Source: Sphingomonadales bacterium (GTDB taxonomy: Bacteria > Pseudomonadota > Alphaproteobacteria > Sphingomonadales > Sphingomonadaceae). Taken from it: 64,000 bases of DNA. Positions within the stretch are counted from its first letter, which is position 1; each line of letters opens with the position of its first letter. Below, piece by piece: positions 10,309 to 18,803 of this stretch. A program made the translations under genes and the position numbers. Location of the stretch: contig JBBQPQ010000002.1 in assembly GCA_038217195.1 (NCBI GenBank), positions 16,735-80,734 of the forward strand, given 5' to 3'. The notes under the pieces were generated by a model, which had not been told where the DNA came from, searched no databases, and saw nothing but the letters and a program-made list of their open reading frames with translations.

Positions 10309-10926
10309 ATGGATGATCGTAGTAATACAATTGCAGGCTGGGTTTTGGCAGGCGGCATCGTCGCACTCGGGCTGAGCATCGTTTCTGGCATGTATTTTCA
10401 TGGCGAAGCACCTGAAAAAGAAGGCTTTGCCGTTGTAGCCGAAGCAGCAAGCGACGCTGGCGGTGCCGCTGCCGCTGTGCCAATCGCGACCCTCCTGGCA
10501 ACGGCTGACGTGGCGAAAGGCGAAGCGGTTTTCAAGAAATGCACGGCTTGCCATAATATTGCACAGGGTGGAGCAAATGGCATCGGTCCAAATCTGTGGG
10601 CTGCTTTAGGTAAGCCACATGGGCATGTGGCAGGTTTTGCTTATTCGGACGCTCTGAAAAGTATTCCAGGAAACTGGGACTTTGAAAGCATGGACAAATG
10701 GCTGGCAAATCCAAAGAAATACGCCCCAGGCACCAAGATGACATTTGCTGGCTTAGGCAATCCTGAAGAGCGTGCAAATGTGATCCTGTATCTCAACTCA
10801 CAAGGTTCAAACCTGCCATTGCCTGCTCCACCAGCCGCTGATGCCGCCGCGCCGGCAGCCGCGGGCGACGCTGCCGCAGCTCCAGCTGCTGATGCCGTAG
10901 CTCCTGCCGCGCCAGCGATGAAATAA
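10309..10926 (+). CDS. Membrane-anchored class I cytochrome c (CycM/c2-like) with Ala/Pro-rich tail
   Basis: N-terminal TM helix, heme motif CTACH, GPNL, axial Met in PGTKMTFAG. Confidence 0.93.
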   Translation: MDDRSNTIAGWVLAGGIVALGLSIVSGMYFHGEAPEKEGFAVVAEAASDAGGAAAAVPIATLLATADVAKGEAVFKKCTACHNIAQGGANGIGPNLWAALGKPHGHVAGFAYSDALKSIPGNWDFESMDKWLANPKKYAPGTKMTFAGLGNPEERANVILYLNSQGSNLPLPAPPAADAAAPAAAGDAAAAPAADAVAPAAPAMK

Positions 10927-10936
10927 TTCAGATATT

Positions 10937-11803
10937 TTAATGTGATACTTCGTAGAAATCGCAGATGGCATTCCATGCTTCTTCTGCGGTTTCTACGAAC
11001 TGGAACAGCTCCAGATCACGTGGGCTTATCACGCCCTCGAGCATAAGCTCTTCAAAATTAACGACCCGGTTCCAGAAATCGCGTCCGAACAACAAGATGG
11101 GCATTTTCTTGATCTTGCCGGTCTGAATCAGCGTTAACAGCTCGAAAAATTCATCGAACGTCCCAAAGCCGCCGGGGAAAACCGCTACTGCGCGCGCGCG
11201 CAGCAAGAAGTGCATTTTGCGTAAGGCGAAATAATGGAACTGGAAGCTTAGCCGAGGTGTTACGAACAGGTTTGGTGCCTGCTCATGCGGAAGGACAATA
11301 TTGAGTCCAACCGATTCTGCACCGACGTCATGGGCCCCTCGATTGGCTGCCTCCATAATCGAAGGTCCGCCGCCTGAGCACACCACAAAATGCCGACGGC
11401 CTTCTTCATCGGTGACATTTGCCTGTCCCGCCAACTGCGCAAGGCGGCGTGCTTCTGCATAAAAGCGGGATTTTTCCTTCATCCGTTCGGCAATGATGGT
11501 CGCGCGTTCGTCCCCTGCCGAAGCAACCAACGCATCGGCAGCATCAGGTTCGGGGATCCGAGCAGACCCATAGATGACCAGCATCGAACCAATCTGTGCC
11601 TCATCCAGCAGCATTTCCGTCTTTAGCAATTCAAGCTGGAAGCGGACGGGGCGCAGGTCTTCCCGTAGCAGGAAATCGGTGTCCTGAAACGCAAGTCGAT
11701 ACGACTTGCTTTGAGTCTGTGGTGTGGAAAGTTGCTTTTCTGCAAAGTCGGCTTCTTGCTGCGCTTTGTAGAAACGGCGATCATTAATTTTTGTGTCTGT
11801 CAT
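10937..11803 (-). CDS. LOG family nucleotide phosphoribohydrolase
   Basis: YGSAR, SGGGPSIMEAANRGA and PGGFGTFDE motifs. Start set at MTDTKIN (11803). Confidence 0.9.
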   Translation of the reverse strand: MTDTKINDRRFYKAQQEADFAEKQLSTPQTQSKSYRLAFQDTDFLLREDLRPVRFQLELLKTEMLLDEAQIGSMLVIYGSARIPEPDAADALVASAGDERATIIAERMKEKSRFYAEARRLAQLAGQANVTDEEGRRHFVVCSGGGPSIMEAANRGAHDVGAESVGLNIVLPHEQAPNLFVTPRLSFQFHYFALRKMHFLLRARAVAVFPGGFGTFDEFFELLTLIQTGKIKKMPILLFGRDFWNRVVNFEELMLEGVISPRDLELFQFVETAEEAWNAICDFYEVSH

Positions 11804-11843
11804 TGCCCCGTCTGTAGGGCGATATTGACCGATTTGCCACCCC

Positions 11844-12503
11844 TTATCGGCAAAAAGACGCTCCGTTGCGCATCGACCTGGACATGTCAAAGTGGAAATG
11901 GTTGGCATGCGCGCTGTTATAGTCGGGACTAAGAACTGTGCCAAAACGCTTACAGGCCGATTGGTGCAAACGGCGCAGAAACGCCTGTTCTTCGGGACGT
12001 CCGCCCCACCCATCGAGCACGGACACGCGCCGCCCGTCACGCAGAATAAAGGCGGATACATCGACCGCATTGCCAAAGGCGTGTTCAGACAATTTTCCGG
12101 AAGAGCCTCCGTTTATGTTGCGGCAACTGAATGTACCCATGGTTTCGATCCGTACCACCTCGCTGCCCAAATATTGCTTGGCGGCGGGCACCACCGCATA
12201 ACGTGCCCAGTCAGTAAAGTTTGCTGCCAGCGGGCAGGTCATCGCGCCCAAATTGGTTGTTGGCGTCCCGAAATCCATGAGCTTTACAGTATCGATGATA
12301 CGGCATCCCCCGTCGAAGCTCTTGTCTGGAAGGCCGGCAAAGCGAACCGATTTCGATTTCAGCCCGGCCATGCATTGACGGACATTTTCGGCAGTCATGG
12401 GACCGTTTGTATGCGGGGTTTGTGGCTCTTCGCGGCCGCCGCACCCAGCTAACAGCAGGATAGAAGCAGCAAATATACATTTCTGAACTGCTTTGGAAAA
12501 CAT
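11844..12503 (-). CDS. Extensin-like C-terminal domain lipoprotein, putative M15-type Zn peptidase
   Basis: Lipobox LLAGC, GTFSCRNI, SEHAFGNAVD (H-x6-D) and HFH. Start set at MFSKAVQK (12503). Confidence 0.8.
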   Translation of the reverse strand: MFSKAVQKCIFAASILLLAGCGGREEPQTPHTNGPMTAENVRQCMAGLKSKSVRFAGLPDKSFDGGCRIIDTVKLMDFGTPTTNLGAMTCPLAANFTDWARYAVVPAAKQYLGSEVVRIETMGTFSCRNINGGSSGKLSEHAFGNAVDVSAFILRDGRRVSVLDGWGGRPEEQAFLRRLHQSACKRFGTVLSPDYNSAHANHFHFDMSRSMRNGASFCR

Positions 12504-12636
12504 GACGCCATACATAACGATGTCTAAAGCACACGCAGCCAAAAAACGATGGAAGGTGGCACTTTTCTCCCAAGCGGCCAAGTTACGCACAATATTGAAC
12601 ATTGCGTCCGTCAAATCGAGCCATTATCAAAAAATC

Positions 12637-13224
12637 ATGTTGCGAATCATTCTTAATAGCAAGCATGGCTTTTGGGTGCTGCTTTCCCTGCCGACCCTGG
12701 GAATGCTGCCGCAATATTTTTGGGGCGACATGCTTGCGATGGACATGGTGCATCCGACAGGAGAATGGGCGGCACGGTTCATGATTGCTGCGATGATGCT
12801 CAGTCCATTGTTATCGCTCATCGGCCCGAAGCCATGGCTCAATTGGCTTGTCCGCCGCCGCCGCGCATTGGGCGTTGCTGCATTCGGCTACGCTTGCCTG
12901 CATCTTGTATTTTACCTGATCGATATGGGGAAACTTGAAGATGTCCTCGCCGAATTCTGGGCGCTGGGAATATGGACAGGCTGGGGCGCAATGTTCCTGA
13001 TGGTTCCGATTGCCATAACAAGCAACGATGCCGCAGTGCGCGCATTGAAGGCCGGCTGGAAACGTCTGCAACGCCTCGCATATCCGGCGGCTGTGCTTGT
13101 TCTTATTCACTGGATTTTTATCCACAACAATTTGGGGCCGGCCTTGCTGCACTTTGCCCCTTTAATGCTGCTCGTAGCAGCTCGATTTTTCCTTCCCCGC
13201 CAACTTGAATTTAAAGGAACATGA
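12637..13224 (+). CDS. MsrQ/YedZ-like ferric-reductase-type transmembrane protein
   Basis: HPTGEWA, RRRALGVAAFGYACLH, AITSN, WKRLQRLAY and LIHW. Start set at MLRIILNS (12637). Confidence 0.85.
   Translation: MLRIILNSKHGFWVLLSLPTLGMLPQYFWGDMLAMDMVHPTGEWAARFMIAAMMLSPLLSLIGPKPWLNWLVRRRRALGVAAFGYACLHLVFYLIDMGKLEDVLAEFWALGIWTGWGAMFLMVPIAITSNDAAVRALKAGWKRLQRLAYPAAVLVLIHWIFIHNNLGPALLHFAPLMLLVAARFFLPRQLEFKGT
12640..12656. promoter_or_regulatory. Possible Fur-like box at the start of the MsrQ-like gene
   Basis: TTGCGA-ATCAT-TCTTAA versus the Caulobacter-type TTGCGA-N5-TCGCAA pattern, with 2 mismatches in the right arm. Lies in codons 2-7, so it could be coincidence. Confidence 0.3.
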
Positions 13225-13541
13225 TTATGCGTTTTTTGACTGGTTTTTCGTTCGCCGCCGCCGCCATGATTGCCTGTGTTTCCGTGCCTGCATCTGCCAC
13301 GGGCGTGATAACCTGCAAGTCAGGCCCGGTTTCCGGATGGAAAAGCGAGAAGGCATTGAGCGATCAGTTGACCAAGGAAGGCTGGATAATCCGCAAGTCC
13401 AAAGTCGACGGTGGATGCTACGAAGTGTACGGAACAACACCCGAAGGCGAACGCGTCGAAGCCTATTTTCACCCTGTCACCCTTGAAAAGCTGTATGTCG
13501 GTCGACGCGGAGAAGTATTGTTTCGTAAAAAGGGTTACTGA
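13221..13541 (+). CDS. Secreted PepSY-domain protein
   Basis: Signal peptide, then LTKEGWIIRKSKVDGGCYEVYG...EAYFHPVTLE. ATGA overlap with the upstream stop; RBS AAGGA. Confidence 0.8.
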   Translation: MIMRFLTGFSFAAAAMIACVSVPASATGVITCKSGPVSGWKSEKALSDQLTKEGWIIRKSKVDGGCYEVYGTTPEGERVEAYFHPVTLEKLYVGRRGEVLFRKKGY

Positions 13542-13560
13542 CAACATTTTACGATAGTCG

Positions 13561-13587
13561 TTGACAAAACCGGGGCTGCGCCTAAAC
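13561..13587 (+). promoter_or_regulatory. sigma70 promoter of serC-serA
   Basis: Perfect TTGACA at 13561-13566 followed by GCCTAAAC, resembling the alphaproteobacterial -10 region. Confidence 0.55.
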
Positions 13588-13593
13588 GCGGCC

Positions 13594-13644
13594 TCGGGCC
13601 ACGCGGTCCCAACGCCGCGCTGCTCTCTGCAAGGAGACGCTTAT
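13594..13644 (+). ncRNA. serC leader RNA (cis-regulatory motif)
   Basis: Stem CGCGG-[UCCCAACG]-CCGCG (13602-13619), then stem UCUCU-[GCAA]-GGAGA (13624-13637) whose 3' arm is the serC RBS. Fits the described alphaproteobacterial serC leader. Confidence 0.75.
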
Positions 13645-14769
13645 ATGACTGTAGTAAAACCCGCCATTAAGCCGGCGCGTCCGTTCTTTTCTTCTGGTCC
13701 CTGCGCGAAACCGCCAGGCTGGAGCCCCGAAAAACTTCAAACCGAATCGCTCGGTCGTTCGCATCGTGCTAAAATTGGCAAGTCGCGTCTGCAACTCGCT
13801 ATCGACCTGATGCGCGAAGTGCTTCAGGTGCCAGATACGCACCGCATCGGCATCGTGCCCGGCTCAGACACCGGCGCAATTGAAATGGCCATGTGGACCA
13901 TGCTTGGCGCGCGCCCAGTCACGATGATGGCCTGGGAAAGCTTCGGCGAAGGCTGGGTCACGGATGTGAACAAGCAGTTGAAGTTGAACGCAACGGTTTT
14001 GAACGCGCAGTATGGTGAAATTCCTGATCTCTCCACGGTCAAATTCGATGATGATGTGGTTTTCACATGGAATGGCACAACGTCAGGGGCACGCGTCCCT
14101 AATGGCGACTGGATTGCTGACGACCGTGCGGGTCTGACATTCAACGATGCGACGTCGGCTGTCTTTGCGTATGATATGCCTTGGGACAAGCTCGATGTCA
14201 CGACGTTCAGCTGGCAAAAGGTGCTGGGCGGAGAGGGCGCGCATGGTGTGCTCATTTTGGGGCCCCGCGCTGTCGAGCGGCTTGAAAGCTATACGCCCGC
14301 TTGGCCGCTGCCTAAAGTATTTCGCTTGATGTCCAAAGGTGCGCTCGCCGAAGGTATCTTCAAGGGCGAGACGATTAACACGCCATCGATGCTCGCGGTG
14401 GAAGACGTCATTTTTGCGCTTGAGTGGGCAAAGAGTGTGGGTGGACTGCAGGGCCTGATGGCGCGAAGCAACGCCAACGCCGCCGCACTCGCGAAAATCG
14501 TTGACGCTAGCGACACTCTTGGTTTTCTTGCCGCCGATCCGGCCATTCGTTCGAAGACTTCTGTCTGCTTGACCGTGAAGGGCGCTGACGAGGCCACGAT
14601 CAAAAAAATGGCATCCTTGCTCGAGGCGGAAAATGCGGCTTATGACATCGCCGGATATCGCGACGCCCCGCCGGGCTTGCGCATCTGGTGCGGCGCGACC
14701 GTCGACACCGCGGACATTGAGGCGCTCGGGCCATGGCTCGACTGGGCTTTCGAGAATGCCAAATCATAA
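13645..14769 (+). CDS. serC: Phosphoserine aminotransferase
   Basis: FSSGPCAKPPGW, WNGTTSG, DATSAVF and PLP-Lys motif FSWQKVLGGEG. ATG at 13645. Confidence 0.96.
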   Translation: MTVVKPAIKPARPFFSSGPCAKPPGWSPEKLQTESLGRSHRAKIGKSRLQLAIDLMREVLQVPDTHRIGIVPGSDTGAIEMAMWTMLGARPVTMMAWESFGEGWVTDVNKQLKLNATVLNAQYGEIPDLSTVKFDDDVVFTWNGTTSGARVPNGDWIADDRAGLTFNDATSAVFAYDMPWDKLDVTTFSWQKVLGGEGAHGVLILGPRAVERLESYTPAWPLPKVFRLMSKGALAEGIFKGETINTPSMLAVEDVIFALEWAKSVGGLQGLMARSNANAAALAKIVDASDTLGFLAADPAIRSKTSVCLTVKGADEATIKKMASLLEAENAAYDIAGYRDAPPGLRIWCGATVDTADIEALGPWLDWAFENAKS

Positions 14770-14772
14770 CAT

Positions 14773-14858
14773 CGTCGCATCAGCACAAGCTGATGCCAAT
14801 CATGTCTCTCTTCTGTGACTGACAGACGAGAGAGGCCCCAGCCTTTGCCGGGGCAACG
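14773..14858. repeat. CGTC-type REP doublet (PAKAG/PAFAG element)
   Basis: Left arm CGTCGCATCAGC-ACAA-GCTGATGCC, central hairpin CTCTC.TCTGT...ACAGA.GAGAG, right arm GGCCCCAGCCTTTGCCGGGGCAACG. Translates as EAPAFAGAT on + and VAPAKAGA on -. Confidence 0.6.
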
Positions 14859-14876
14859 ACCCAAAAGGACAAATCA

Positions 14877-16460
14877 ATGACCAAACCACGCGTACTTATC
14901 TCAGATAAAATGGATCCTAATGCAGCAAAGATCTTCGCGGAACGCGGCTGTGATGTCGATGTCATCACCGACAAGACGCCGGACGAACTGGCGGCGATGA
15001 TCGGCGATTATGACGGCCTTGCCATTCGGTCTTCGACAAAGGTAACCAAGCAGATATTGGACGCTGCGACCAATTTGAAAGTGATCGGGCGCGCCGGGAT
15101 CGGCGTCGACAATGTCGATATTCCTACCGCTTCCGCGAAGGGCGTTGTTGTCATGAACACGCCATTTGGTAACTCCATAACCACCGCCGAACATGCCATC
15201 GCGTTGATGTTCGCACTCGCACGTCAATTGCCCGAAGCCAATGCCCAAACACAGGCTGGTTTATGGCCTAAAAATGGTTTTATGGGTGTTGAAGTGACCG
15301 GCAAAACGCTTGGCCTGATTGGCGCCGGGAACATCGGTTCCATTGTTGCAAGCCGCGCGCTTGGTCTGCGTATGAAGGTTGTTGCCTTCGACCCGTTTCT
15401 GACCGCAGAGCGTGCCATTGAAATGGGCGTAGAGAAAGTGGACCTCGATACGTTGCTTGCCAAGGCGGATTTTATCACGCTGCATACGCCACTTACCGAC
15501 CAAACCCGCAACATATTGTCGAGAGAGAATTTGGCGAAAGCTAAAAAAGGTGTCCGCATTATCAACTGCGCACGTGGCGGCTTGATTGACGAGGAGGCAC
15601 TTAAGGAAGCGCTGGACAGCGGTCAGGTCGGCGGCGCGGCGCTTGATGTTTTTGCAACTGAGCCTGCGAAAGAATCGCCATTATTTGGCACGCCAAACTT
15701 CATCTGCACCCCGCATTTAGGCGCATCGACAAATGAAGCGCAGGTCAATGTTGCGCTTCAGGTGGCGGAGCAAATGGCGGACTATCTCGTCAATGGCGGC
15801 GTAACTAATGCGTTGAACATGCCAAGCCTGTCAGCTGAAGAAGCGCCAAAGCTGAAACCTTATATGACGCTTGCGCAAAAGCTTGGGTCGCTTGTTGGCC
15901 AGCTCGCGCATGATAATCTCGACAATATCGCGATTGAAGTCGAAGGCGCTGCAGCTGAACTCAATATAAAGCCAATCACCGCTGCCGTGCTTTCCGGTTT
16001 CATGCGGCGTTTCTCGGATGCGGTGAACATGGTCAACGCGCCATTCCTGGCAAAAGAACGCGGTTTTGACATTCGGGAGGTGCGCCATGACAAGGCAGGC
16101 GCGTATCACACCCTCGTGCGCGTAACCGTAAACACAAACCAAGGCCCTCGTTCGGTTGCGGGTACTTTGTTTGCAAACAGCGAAGCCCGATTGGTCGAGA
16201 TTTTCGGTATCAGCCTTGAAGCCGAGCTTGAAGGCAATATGCTCTATATCGTCAATGAAGACGCCCCCGGCTTCATCGGTCGTGTCGGGACGACTTTGGG
16301 CGAAGCCGGCTTGAACATCGGCACATTTCATCTGGGACGTCGTAGCGCTGGTGGCGAGGCTGTGTTGTTGTTGTCAATGGACGCGCCAATTCCTGAAGCT
16401 GTGCTTCAACAGCTTGGCGCGTTGCCCGGCGTAAAGACTGTAAAGGCGCTGAAGTTCTAA
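14877..16460 (+). CDS. serA: D-3-phosphoglycerate dehydrogenase
   Basis: GRAGIGVDN, GLIGAGNIG, INCARGG, TPHLGAST, and a C-terminal ACT domain. Confidence 0.97.
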   Translation: MTKPRVLISDKMDPNAAKIFAERGCDVDVITDKTPDELAAMIGDYDGLAIRSSTKVTKQILDAATNLKVIGRAGIGVDNVDIPTASAKGVVVMNTPFGNSITTAEHAIALMFALARQLPEANAQTQAGLWPKNGFMGVEVTGKTLGLIGAGNIGSIVASRALGLRMKVVAFDPFLTAERAIEMGVEKVDLDTLLAKADFITLHTPLTDQTRNILSRENLAKAKKGVRIINCARGGLIDEEALKEALDSGQVGGAALDVFATEPAKESPLFGTPNFICTPHLGASTNEAQVNVALQVAEQMADYLVNGGVTNALNMPSLSAEEAPKLKPYMTLAQKLGSLVGQLAHDNLDNIAIEVEGAAAELNIKPITAAVLSGFMRRFSDAVNMVNAPFLAKERGFDIREVRHDKAGAYHTLVRVTVNTNQGPRSVAGTLFANSEARLVEIFGISLEAELEGNMLYIVNEDAPGFIGRVGTTLGEAGLNIGTFHLGRRSAGGEAVLLLSMDAPIPEAVLQQLGALPGVKTVKALKF

Positions 16461-16503
16461 GCGAGGGGCTTCCCCGCTTGGAGTTTTGCGGTAAAGAGCG
16501 CGC

Positions 16504-17616
16504 ATGAATATACCGCCTGACTTGCTGCCCGAAGGCTTCCGCGACCGACTTCCTCCCCAAGCGGAGGTTGCGGCGCGGGTGTCGCGTGCCATGATCGATG
16601 TCCTAGTGAGCTACGGTTACGCGCGCGTCGCGCCAGCGATGGCGGAATTTGAGTCAGTATTATCCAAACGTAGCGGTGATGCTGCGCGGAACCAGCATCT
16701 GCGGTTCACTGATCCCGTCTCAGGGCACACCTTGGCGCTGAGAGGCGACATCACCGTTCAGGTCGGACGCATTGTCACAACGCGGATGAAGGATGCTCCA
16801 CGGCCGCTCCGCTTGGCCTATCATGGCCAGATCCTGCGCTTGCGTGCCAAACAACTTCGTCCGGAACGCGAACTCACGCAATTGGGTGCGGAGCTCGTTG
16901 GGACTGATAGTGTTGCGGCCGCATGCGAAATTGTCGGCGTTGCGATTGACGCACTGGAGGCGGCGGGGGTGAGAGATATAACGATCGACTTTACGTTGCC
17001 CGATCTCGTTGAGAGGCTGGCAGAGAAGGCGCTGCCTTTGGCTGTAGACAAGATTGATGCCGTCCGGTCGGAACTCGATATGAAGGATGCCGGTGGTCTG
17101 AGCGCCCTTGGTGCTGACGCATATCTTCCTTTGCTCGCCGCGACTGGCTCTTTCTCAGAGGCAGTCGAAAAACTGTGCGCCATTGATGCAGGTGGGGCGT
17201 TGGCGTCGCGTATCCATGCTTTGGAAGCCATCGCTGATACCGTCGCTGGCAGAGCGAATGTTACGCTCGATCCAACTGAACGGCACGGCTTTGAATATCA
17301 AAGCTGGTTTGGATTTACGATCTTTGCCAAGGGCTATAGCGCTGCCTTGGGGCGAGGGGGTACCTACCTTATTGAATGCGCAGATGGACCTGCAGAGGCA
17401 GCTACGGGCTTTTCGCTTTACCCGGACCCGCTGATTGATCTCGCCGCGGAAAGCAGCACACAGAGGCTATTCTTGCCGTTCGGAACAAAACCATCTGTCG
17501 GCATCAAGATGCGCAACGAAGGCTGGATCACCATCGCAGGGTTGGATTACGGAGATGATGCAGTTATTTTGGGTTGCACACATATTTGGCAGGAAGCACG
17601 AGCCGTTCTTCTTTAG
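16504..17616 (+). CDS. hisZ: ATP phosphoribosyltransferase regulatory subunit
   Basis: LLPEGFRDRLP, LRGDITVQVGRI, RELTQLGAEL, LGRGGTY and ATGFS. HisRS-like fold. Confidence 0.92.
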   Translation: MNIPPDLLPEGFRDRLPPQAEVAARVSRAMIDVLVSYGYARVAPAMAEFESVLSKRSGDAARNQHLRFTDPVSGHTLALRGDITVQVGRIVTTRMKDAPRPLRLAYHGQILRLRAKQLRPERELTQLGAELVGTDSVAAACEIVGVAIDALEAAGVRDITIDFTLPDLVERLAEKALPLAVDKIDAVRSELDMKDAGGLSALGADAYLPLLAATGSFSEAVEKLCAIDAGGALASRIHALEAIADTVAGRANVTLDPTERHGFEYQSWFGFTIFAKGYSAALGRGGTYLIECADGPAEAATGFSLYPDPLIDLAAESSTQRLFLPFGTKPSVGIKMRNEGWITIAGLDYGDDAVILGCTHIWQEARAVLL

Positions 17617-17626
17617 AGTTGGGCGT

Positions 17627-18664
17627 TTATTCGCGAATATTCGCCACATGCTGCGCCAGAAATTTTACTATGGCATTTGCGGTAAAAGTTCCATTGGTTC
17701 CGGCATCCTTATTGATCGAACTGTGACTGCTGTCTGGAACGGATACCACCGACACATCGGCGCCATTGGCGGTTAGCCCCTCGCCCAACGCAGCAGACTG
17801 TGCTTTTGCGTCAGGACGGCTCGTCACGTGCAATATCAGCCAGTTTGGGCTGTTAGGCGCAGCGACATGGCTTACGGGTGATAATGTCGCTTGAGTTGCC
17901 GAGTTTTTTCCAAAAGCCGCTTCATACATGTTCTGAACGCGGTTGCCCGGATAGGCCATTTGCGCCGCTACATCATAGCCTGCCCCATCAAGCAATATGA
18001 CGCCCTGAATGGCGGCAACGGGTATGACGGCGCGATCCAGATACTTTGTATCGGTCGCTACAAGCGCTGCAAGATGCGCTCCCGCGCTGTGACCCATCAA
18101 AACAATCTTGTCCTGAGATATTCCAAGTTTCGCAGCATTGGCGCGCAAATAGGCGATTGCGGTCGCGATATCGGTGGCTTGTTCCGAAGGTGTCACATCA
18201 GGCACGAGCCGGTAATTTAATGAGGCAAAATTATAGCCTAAGGCATTGTAAAAAGATGGCTTTGCTCCAGTGCCATATTTCTTGTCCCCAATGGACCAGC
18301 CTCCGCCATGAATGAACAACAGCAGGGGAGCTTTAGATGATGTGTTGGTGGGATAGTAATCGAGCGTCTGTTTCGACTGAGAACCATAAGAATATTCACG
18401 GCCCTCTTGCGCAAGGATAGCTTTGCCGCCTCTGTTCACTTCGCGGCTTGCCAAACTGGCCACGCGTGGGCGTAGTTCTTCTTGGCAAGATGCTGGCAAA
18501 GAACGCCTTTTCTGTATGAGACAGTCCGCAATGGCCCTCCGGTCTCCCGACATCGCGCATAACTGGACAACTTGTGCGCGGCATTGCGGCGTCAGACGTT
18601 GCTGCGCCGAGGCAGTGGATGCTGCCAATGCGACGATCAGGCTGGCCGACAACCATTGGTGCAT
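17627..18664 (-). CDS. Secreted alpha/beta hydrolase (HSL-type esterase) with N-terminal Cys-rich module
   Basis: Signal peptide, C28-x7-C36-x11-C48-x11-C60, HGGGW oxyanion motif, GHSAG nucleophile, and a C-terminal His (SHSSIN). Confidence 0.85.
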   Translation of the reverse strand: MHQWLSASLIVALAASTASAQQRLTPQCRAQVVQLCAMSGDRRAIADCLIQKRRSLPASCQEELRPRVASLASREVNRGGKAILAQEGREYSYGSQSKQTLDYYPTNTSSKAPLLLFIHGGGWSIGDKKYGTGAKPSFYNALGYNFASLNYRLVPDVTPSEQATDIATAIAYLRANAAKLGISQDKIVLMGHSAGAHLAALVATDTKYLDRAVIPVAAIQGVILLDGAGYDVAAQMAYPGNRVQNMYEAAFGKNSATQATLSPVSHVAAPNSPNWLILHVTSRPDAKAQSAALGEGLTANGADVSVVSVPDSSHSSINKDAGTNGTFTANAIVKFLAQHVANIRE

Positions 18665-18803
18665 GATTTACCTCCTACGAAGCTTTTGGGTGGACGCGGG
18701 CTTATCATAATCATAACGGAGCGCATGGCGAATCCCTTCGCAGGAAAAACCTCCTGCGCAGAAAAAGGCCCCAGAGCTATCTGGCTTTGACAGGGAATAT
18801 CTG

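Noticed and set aside
10810-10926. Ala/Pro-rich repetitive DNA at the cytochrome c 3' end as a repeat element
   Set aside because: In-frame low-complexity protein tail with no fixed unit.
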